Assembly (NCBI GenBank): GCA_038247415.1
Contig: JBBRUX010000005.1
Span: forward strand, 1-64,000
Direction: 5' to 3'
Origin: Chitinivibrionales bacterium
GTDB lineage: Bacteria > Fibrobacterota > Chitinivibrionia > Chitinivibrionales > WJKA01
Length of the DNA: 64,000 nt
Part shown: one piece after another, positions 57,001 to 64,000 of the stretch
Layout of the letters: each line of letters opens with the position of its first letter
Position numbering within the stretch: the first letter of the stretch is position 1
Position numbers and translations under genes: made by a program
The notes under the pieces: model-generated
What the model was told of the DNA's origin: nothing
The model's database searches: none
The model's input: the letters and a program-made list of their open reading frames with translations, nothing else

Positions 57001-58674
57001 TCAATTATCTTCTGGTTCGACCCGGCGAGCACTTGCATACCGCGCAGTGGCTTCTACCGAGGATGTTTCTGAAATCTGTCGCAAGCGGGCTAGTGCTGCA
57101 GGATGTTCGATATTGTACCAGTCGCGTGGCATTAGATCGCTGCTAAAATCATGACAACCTTCAACCATATCAAGGCCGCGTGGAACAACGTCCGGATTAT
57201 TGAGCACTTGCCGACATCGATGCGCATACAGATACACAATAGCATCCATAAGCTTTCCGGGCTTGTGTTTATGCGAAGGCATTTTTTCGAGAAGCTGCTC
57301 AAACAAGCGTGATGCGTTTGCCATGGTTCCCTCATTGAAATACGCATAAATTCCTTGACGTATAGAATCACGGGTTTCGTCTTTGTATGCTACAACTTCA
57401 CGTGCCTGATGTCCGTAAATTTCAAATACCTCAAATTTTTTATGGTATCCCTTAACGCGCAAAATATCAACCATACGAGAATGCTGATCATCCTGAAGAT
57501 CATCCATGACTTCCTGACTCACCACTATTTCTAATCCATACAGTTTTGCTACCGATTCTAGCCGGGAACACACATTGACTGCAGTACCAATCCAAGTACG
57601 ATCATATTTTTTTTCGGAGCCAATATTCGCTTCCAACACAGAACCTTTGGCAATGGCAATTACATTGGCCATTTTAGGCATGCCAGCTATCACAAGTTGC
57701 TTGTTGTAAATTTGCAAACTTTGTCGCATGAGCAGCGCAGCCTCTACCGCTGTTTTACCATCGGGGAAAATTGCCATCACGGCATCACCCATCAGTTTAT
57801 CAACCTCGCCTCCAGCCGAAAACACTGGGTCAATCATCATTTCAAAATATTTATTAAGAAATTGAGCCTGCACATCTGGGTCGGTCATCGATTCGGTAAG
57901 TGGCGTAAAATTTCTCATATCGCAAATGAGAATAGCTTTATCGCTCATGCGAGGCTTAAATTGACGAGGATCTCGGCCTTGATTAACTTCATTAACAACC
58001 GAGGGTCTTACAAACGTTGAAATAATAGCATTGCGAGCAACGAGTTCAGAATTTTTATGTTCAAGCACCAGTTGTCTACGCAGGGCATCTTCGGCTCGTA
58101 GGCGCTCTTTTGTGGTATCCAGCGAAATAACATAAAAGATGTCAAGCGCAAGCTTTATCATGGCAATAACCATAGATGAAAGCCATGCAATTGCGAATGC
58201 TCCTACCATATTGGAGAGCGTGGATACAGCAGATCCTGTTTGTATAAGGTAACTCGCTGCCGCGCAGATAAGGCCAAGAGGAAAAGCAACTACCGAAAAA
58301 TAAACTTTAGAAGAAGTAAATCCATACACAAAACCTGCCCACATCAGCGAGGCATACCAATACTGGTTCATATTGTTATGCATCATGAGGTTTGCAAATA
58401 CAAACGGGAACATAAAAACAAGCGCTGCTTCCCAATACACTTTATGCCATGTTTGAAATGGAGAGTTTTTGGGAAAAAATACGAAAGGGATAGTGATCGC
58501 AACAATAATCAACCGGAGCAACAAATCTTCGTGATAGCCCAGATAAAATTTACAAATCAGATAAAAGAGCATGTTTGAGAGCGGAGCAATTACACCCATA
58601 AAGAAGGCAAACTTCTCGGTAGTATAAAATTTGGGAGAGCGGGTGATCCCAATGGCAGTTTTAAGATAATCCAT
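57001..58674 (-). CDS. Class III adenylate cyclase with an N-terminal CqsS/LqsS-like multi-TM sensor domain
   Basis: Sensor FY.I..F...YHEDLLLR...FPFVFANLMMHNN...WYASLM; coiled coil; cyclase ICDMRNFT, VDKLMGDAVMAIF, NIGS...DRTWIGTAVNVCSRLE. Confidence 0.82.
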   Translation of the reverse strand: MDYLKTAIGITRSPKFYTTEKFAFFMGVIAPLSNMLFYLICKFYLGYHEDLLLRLIIVAITIPFVFFPKNSPFQTWHKVYWEAALVFMFPFVFANLMMHNNMNQYWYASLMWAGFVYGFTSSKVYFSVVAFPLGLICAAASYLIQTGSAVSTLSNMVGAFAIAWLSSMVIAMIKLALDIFYVISLDTTKERLRAEDALRRQLVLEHKNSELVARNAIISTFVRPSVVNEVNQGRDPRQFKPRMSDKAILICDMRNFTPLTESMTDPDVQAQFLNKYFEMMIDPVFSAGGEVDKLMGDAVMAIFPDGKTAVEAALLMRQSLQIYNKQLVIAGMPKMANVIAIAKGSVLEANIGSEKKYDRTWIGTAVNVCSRLESVAKLYGLEIVVSQEVMDDLQDDQHSRMVDILRVKGYHKKFEVFEIYGHQAREVVAYKDETRDSIRQGIYAYFNEGTMANASRLFEQLLEKMPSHKHKPGKLMDAIVYLYAHRCRQVLNNPDVVPRGLDMVEGCHDFSSDLMPRDWYNIEHPAALARLRQISETSSVEATARYASARRVEPEDN

Positions 58675-58833
58675 AAATTTTGCACTCTGATTGAAAGCGC
58701 ATCTCTCTTTTCCTACATACCTATTATTTTGGTACTTATTGTAACTTATTTTATCACATCGGGTTGAATAGCGCAAGAGAGCAAACAAGTATTGTCGATT
58801 TTTCTTTGAATGCTTGCCTAGATAGATCCTACC

Positions 58834-60027
58834 ATGATAAACTTTGATACTATGAACTCAGAAACCATCCTTGATTTATTTGATGTTGAACCAATAAACG
58901 AAAAACGCATATCTGAACGTGCATTTCTTACCGTTGCGGTCACCCTTGAAATTGGGGATCGGCTTGTACGCGGCGTCGAATGCAAAAACGTCAGTCTTGG
59001 CGGTATGTTCCTAATTTCGAAGGTTCATATTCCCCTTGGAAGCGTTGGAACAGTTACTCTTACAAAACGCTGCGATAAAAAAAGAGTGAGCTTTTCTGCC
59101 GATTTTGAAGTCGTACGTCACGAAGGAGAAACAAAAGAAGATATTGGGCTTGGCCTTAAATTTATTCGACTTACCGATGAAGATAGACTTGCAGTCGAAT
59201 TCATTGTTGATTTCCGCACGGGTGTAACCCTTCGGGAACGATTAGATTTGTCGGAAGAGAAAATTTCGGACATCCGCTTTAAAATTGCGCAAACCCAAGA
59301 AGAACTAGCTGGAGCATTTTCACTTGTTCACGATTCCTATGTAACGCGAGGTTACATGGATCCCGACCCAAGCGGTATGCGCTTGAGCATCCACCACGCC
59401 ATGCCTCTAACAACAGTTGTTATTGGCGTTCAAAACAATCGAGTTATTGCTGCTTCGGCACTTTTTTTAGACTCCCCCATTGGCTTGCCCATGGACAATC
59501 TTTACAAGAGAGAGCTTTCTGAATTTCGCCAAAACAGGCGACTCATAGCAGAAATTGGGGCATTTGCCGTTCACCAAGATTTGCGAGCATTTACAACAAC
59601 ACTCGTGCTGCATCTTCAAAAGCTGATGTTTTTATACACCTTTAGATACCTGAATCTCGATGATATTGTTTTGGTAATAAACCCGCGACACAAGCTTTAT
59701 TATCAACATGTCTTATTAGCCAACCAAATTGGGCCCGAGCGCGTTTACCAAAAGGTAAAAGGAAATCCGGCCATTGCCATGTCGATGGATGTTCGCAAAG
59801 CACAAGATCGTTTTAAAGAAAGCTATTCTACCCTACCCGACAATAAAAACTTGCATCGCTTTTTTTACGAACATACAAGCGAATGCCTACAAATGCCTGA
59901 ACTTCGTCAGCCTATTGTCACGTGGAATCGCGCATTGCTGCATTATTTTTTCGAAGAACGGTCGAAACTTTTCGAGACAACAAGCGCCGATACCATAAAA
60001 TTTATTCTTAGCCATTACGAGAATTAA
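58834..60027 (+). CDS. PilZ domain fused to a FeeM-like N-acyl amino acid synthase (GNAT) domain
   Basis: RISER (RxxxR) and NVSLGG PilZ motifs; FKIAQTQEELAGAFSLVHDSYVTRGY, DSPIGLPMD, AEIGAFAV, INPRHKLYY, GNPAI. Confidence 0.78.
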   Translation: MINFDTMNSETILDLFDVEPINEKRISERAFLTVAVTLEIGDRLVRGVECKNVSLGGMFLISKVHIPLGSVGTVTLTKRCDKKRVSFSADFEVVRHEGETKEDIGLGLKFIRLTDEDRLAVEFIVDFRTGVTLRERLDLSEEKISDIRFKIAQTQEELAGAFSLVHDSYVTRGYMDPDPSGMRLSIHHAMPLTTVVIGVQNNRVIAASALFLDSPIGLPMDNLYKRELSEFRQNRRLIAEIGAFAVHQDLRAFTTTLVLHLQKLMFLYTFRYLNLDDIVLVINPRHKLYYQHVLLANQIGPERVYQKVKGNPAIAMSMDVRKAQDRFKESYSTLPDNKNLHRFFYEHTSECLQMPELRQPIVTWNRALLHYFFEERSKLFETTSADTIKFILSHYEN

Positions 60028-60028
60028 T

Positions 60029-60811
60029 ATGTCAACTGCAACAAGTGCTGGTTACGTTTCTGCCGACTATCTCAAAGCACTTGCGCAGGCAGCAGAACCC
60101 ATAAAAAAGCGCATACGAGATTTGCTTGCGCTAGGCTCCAACTCAAAAATTCTTGATGCGGGCTGTGGTCCTGGCACCGATACTATTCCTTTAGCACGTT
60201 TACTGAATAATTCGGGCATAATTTGTGGCATGGATGCCGATAGATCTATGATTCAAGCCGCGCAAACCCGCATACAAGTAGAATGGTTCCAAAATCTTTA
60301 TCATTATGTCGCTAACGCCACTGCAATTCCTTGCAAAACCAACAGTTTTGATGCAGCATTTTGTGATCGGGTATTACAACACATTAAAGATGCTCATAAC
60401 GCAGTCGCCGAAATGTGTCGTATAGTAAAGCCTGGTGGGAAAATTGTACTTGTCGATTCAGATCATTCCTCACTGAGCATTTCGACAAATAATTCATCAA
60501 CAGAATGTGCATTGCGAACCTGGAGAACTCAAAGATTACACAATGGCCTCGCTGCTCGTAATCTTGGCACCTATGCAATTAAAGCAGGGCTATTACTAGA
60601 AAGTATAGAGTGCATCCCTTTTCTATCTCGCAGCTATGCAGGATTTAGGCTCGGAACAGCTGCAGATCTTGTTGAGCAAGAAGCCGTTACACGAGGGATT
60701 ATATCGTCCGATCAATTAGATTCATATAAATCTGACCTGGAAGATCTCGATCGCGCCAATGCATTTTATTCTGTAATTCCTATGATAATACTCTCAGCAA
60801 CTAAACCGTAA
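60029..60811 (+). CDS. Class I SAM-dependent methyltransferase
   Basis: ILDAGCGPG, FDAAFCDRVLQH, RIVKPGGKIVLVDSD. Confidence 0.88.
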   Translation: MSTATSAGYVSADYLKALAQAAEPIKKRIRDLLALGSNSKILDAGCGPGTDTIPLARLLNNSGIICGMDADRSMIQAAQTRIQVEWFQNLYHYVANATAIPCKTNSFDAAFCDRVLQHIKDAHNAVAEMCRIVKPGGKIVLVDSDHSSLSISTNNSSTECALRTWRTQRLHNGLAARNLGTYAIKAGLLLESIECIPFLSRSYAGFRLGTAADLVEQEAVTRGIISSDQLDSYKSDLEDLDRANAFYSVIPMIILSATKP

Positions 60812-60818
60812 TACAAAC

Positions 60819-61217
60819 GTGAACCAAAACACAACAATTCAAACGACTATTCAGATTGCAGTGAGGCATCCAGAATCTGCATCTGCGCTAATGGCTAAAA
60901 CTTTTGCAGCGCATTTCGATGGTGCACAGTGGATAGATCGTGAGATGCGACTCCAATTTTGTATCTTATTTTTGGGCAATTTAATCGATAGCAATATCGA
61001 AGAATCTGTTGGTGCGGCTCTTATAGACCGGTTAGAGGCTCGATCTCTTGAATTTGGAATGCGAATGCTTAAGCGCAATCCTGATACAGGACTAAAAATT
61101 CTCATTGTTCTCATAATGAAAGAACTAAGAACCCGCCAAAAGTTCGAATCAGAAGAGCAAATGTCATTCTATAAAGAAATCCTTGCTCGCTTTTTCCCCG
61201 AAATTAATTCTCACTAA
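60819..61217 (+). CDS. Hypothetical protein
   Basis: 132-aa helical ORF with GTG start, in the same operon. Confidence 0.6.
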   Translation: MNQNTTIQTTIQIAVRHPESASALMAKTFAAHFDGAQWIDREMRLQFCILFLGNLIDSNIEESVGAALIDRLEARSLEFGMRMLKRNPDTGLKILIVLIMKELRTRQKFESEEQMSFYKEILARFFPEINSH

Positions 61218-61332
61218 AAGTGCAATTCCTGCCTTTTAGCAGTAACAATCACCCATTTTTACTTGCTTATTACTATATTATCTTTTCGTAATAAATGTAC
61301 CGAGTACCTTTTATTGTTTTAAGCAGACCTTC

Positions 61333-63616
61333 ATGAATGATGCAAACCTTCGTGGTACCACCGTGGCTCCTGAATTGGAATGGCATAGCAATCCGATGTT
61401 GCGCAATGTGTCAAAACGCATTGTTCAGCCCATGATCAGATATCTTGACGCTGAATTTGGTACTACCATTACGAATCAAATTATTGCCGAAAGTGATCAT
61501 GATCGTGATTTTTTTGAAGATGTTTATGGATTTATGCCCATTGAAACCACCGAGAAAATGTTTGCGAGTGCAATCCGCATAACTGATAACCCCGACTTCG
61601 CCTACAAAATGGGAAAAGAAATCTGGAAATACACTCCAACAATTCAAGCCCTTCTTGGAATAACCGTAGCTACCCCTTCTTTGCTTTTTGAGAATATGAA
61701 CAACATCGAAGGAAAAGCCGTACGTACAACAATAGTTGACACTCAAAAATTTGGGGCTTCCAAATATAGGCTTAGCATTAGCTTTAGGGGCGGCTTTGTG
61801 GAACCAGCCAATGCATGCCGTAATAGGCATGGAACCTACGAATCGGCCACACAAATGTTCGGTTTACCACCATCCAAAGTTGAGCACCCCCAGTGCCGAT
61901 TTAGAGGCGACGATCACTGCGTGTACGATATTACCGTCCCTGAACAATCATTTTTTATTTATCAAAAAATTTCGTTTATAATTGGCTTTTTGGGTTTGGT
62001 AGGCTTTGGTCTCTTTGCACTTTTGCACTCCCCTATTCTTGCAATAGTTGGAAGTCTTTGCATCCCGTTAGCGCTCGGTTCGTACCTCTTTTTCTTGAGA
62101 TCGCGCCTTACCGCAAATTTACGGTGGATTGCAAATGCAAAGCATTCAATTGAGGAGAATAGCAAAGATGTTTTAACTGAAATGAATCGCACGAAACATT
62201 TGCATGAGCTTACAAGCAACCTCAATAGCTGCTTATCTCCCCTATCTGTCGCGAAAGCAGCAACACATTCCCTTACCCACGATTTCAATTACGGCTCTGG
62301 GCAAGTTTGGCTTCTTAAAGACGACGACTCCCTTATGTGTACAGCAACATCTGGGTTAGCACAAAATCTTGAAGCCTCGGTGAAAAGTATTTCGTATTCC
62401 ATATCCGAGGGAATGAATCGCCCCGAAAGCTTTATTGCACATGTTATAGGCCGTAAAGAAATTCTCCTCATTAATGATGTTAAGACAAGTACACAAACCT
62501 TCATTGCACCCACTCAAGATTTGCTCCAATTGATCAATCCATCATCCTTTATTATTGTGCCGACTGCTTTGCTTTATTATTGTGCCGATTCTCGAAAAAA
62601 ACAAAGCAGTCGGCATGATCATTGGCGCAAACCATGAGGCTGGTGTTCAAGTAAAATATCTGGATCGTGTTATTTTCGAAGCACTTACGCTTGTCGTTTC
62701 AACAACATTGGCAAAGGCCAAAGTCTTTGAAAGCATGGAACGAAAACTCGAAAAAAGAAAGCAACTCTTGCGCGATCGTCAAGATGAATTGCTTATAGCC
62801 CGAAAGATATCAATTCAAAACGAAAAGGTCTCTGCGCTGGGGGAAATGGCCGCAGGCGTTGCGCACGAGATTAACAATCCGCTTAATTTCCTTGTTAATA
62901 TAGTAAGCGAGCTCGAACGAGACACAAAAGGGTTGCATGAAATAGCTGCACTCGGTAACACGTTTGCACCACAAAACATTCGCCATGAAATCGATAAAAT
63001 CTTTGTCGATTACAACCTTGCCGAGCGCATCACTGAATCGGACTATGTTTACACGCTCATCCGACAATCTCTTGCCCGTGCACAGAAAACGGTGAGTAGT
63101 CTGCGCATTTTTGCGCGCCAAGCCGGTAACGATGGAGTAAAACCCGAACCATTGTGCGAATTGATTCGTAGTGCATTCGAGATTATTCCACAAAAATATC
63201 GAGCAGATGTAACCCTTACGTGCGAGCTTGGTTCAGAGTGCGCGGTGCATGTTAATCGTATAGAATTCTCTCAGATAATTATTAATATCCTTACCAATTC
63301 CATAGAAGCCATGAATGGCAAAGGATCAATAAAAATTGACTTAGAAGAAACAAATCGATCTCATCTGGTTTCAATTTCAGATACTGGTTGCGGGGTTCCT
63401 CCCGAAAATAGAGCACTTATTTTTAAAGCCTTTTTTACCACACAAAATAAAGAACAGCATACCGGCTTAGGGCTTACGGTTGCGCTGGAACTTTCTCATA
63501 AAAATGGCGGTACTATCGAACTCGCACAAAAGCAACCCACTCTGGGAGCATGCTTTATAATTACTATACCTAAACCGTTCAAACCTTCGGCAGAGCTGGA
63601 TGCCCATGCCGCTTAA
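61333..63616 (+). pseudogene. V4R-like/2TM/GAF sensor histidine kinase, frameshifted by a 25-bp insertion
   Basis: VEHPQCRFRGDDHCVYDI (V4R-like), 2 TM, GAF, GVAHEINNPL H-box, N/G1/F/G2 boxes; 17-bp direct repeat CTTTATTATTGTGCCGA at 62547 and 62572; removing 25 bp restores NPSSFIIVPILEKNKAVG. Confidence 0.8.
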
Positions 63617-64000
63617 AAAAGGATTGCTTAAAAAAATTGCTGCATCAACTGCTATTATACTGGCTTTGATAATTATTTGCATATCCATTTTCTCTCATCT
63701 GACGTTGTGGTGGGGAACAGCCGAATTCTTTTTATGTATTGGCTTATTTATTATTATCTTCGATTGGCATGATCGTAGTTCGCTTCTCATGAAACAAAGC
63801 AATGCTAAAACAATCGAATTAGAACAAACTCATAATAGCCTCGTTCGTGCCAATGAGCACATTGTTGCCCTTCATGGTTTTTCTCAACAAATAACCGGAT
63901 GTGAAACTATACAATCGGTCTGCCACACCGTTACAACCGCACTTGTAAATAGTTTTTCATACGATGCGAGTATTTTTTGGCTCTGGGATAACACTCACAA
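63606..64000 (+). CDS. Membrane sensor protein (2 TM, coiled coil, start of GAF), runs off the window
   Basis: Open frame from ATG 63606: MPLKKG...two TM...ALHGFSQQITGCETIQSVCHTVTTALVNSFSYDASIFWLWD, similar to the GAF start of the upstream kinase. Confidence 0.7.
   Translation, partial: MPLKKGLLKKIAASTAIILALIIICISIFSHLTLWWGTAEFFLCIGLFIIIFDWHDRSSLLMKQSNAKTIELEQTHNSLVRANEHIVALHGFSQQITGCETIQSVCHTVTTALVNSFSYDASIFWLWDNTH

Noticed and set aside
58675..58833. CRP box in the divergent intergenic region (TGTAA...TCACA)
   Set aside because: Half-site spacing is 9 bp rather than 6.

Overview
AT-rich chromosome segment from a diderm (waaA), fermentative anaerobe (rex-adhE); the gene set suggests Fibrobacterota/Chitinivibrionia, which I infer but cannot verify. 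The core block holds proC, rho, tRNA-Val, thrS-infC-rpmI-rplT-pheST, waaA, holA, truA, htrA, gatA and pheA. Four accessory zones flank or interrupt it. (1) 0.3-1.5 kb: MazG-like and Gdx/SMR genes plus unannotated Fic and C5-methyltransferase remnants. (2) 8.5-18.3 kb: a sigma54-controlled thiol-redox operon, and an ArsR-led arsenic operon that carries a collapsed hgcA (mercury methylation) remnant and a collapsed acr3. (3) 45.9-48.2 kb: a pseudogene, a dead group II intron and an ISL3 remnant. (4) 51.8-64 kb, the best candidate for a new system: an operon ACP - fatty acyl-AMP ligase - radical SAM - CqsA/LqsA-like synthase - ACP-like/receiver fusion, next to a CqsS/LqsS-like membrane sensor fused to a class III adenylate cyclase instead of a kinase. 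Divergent from it are a PilZ-FeeM N-acyl amino acid synthase, a methyltransferase and a V4R/GAF histidine kinase that is broken by a 25-bp insertion. All family calls come from motif recognition by eye; no searches were run.
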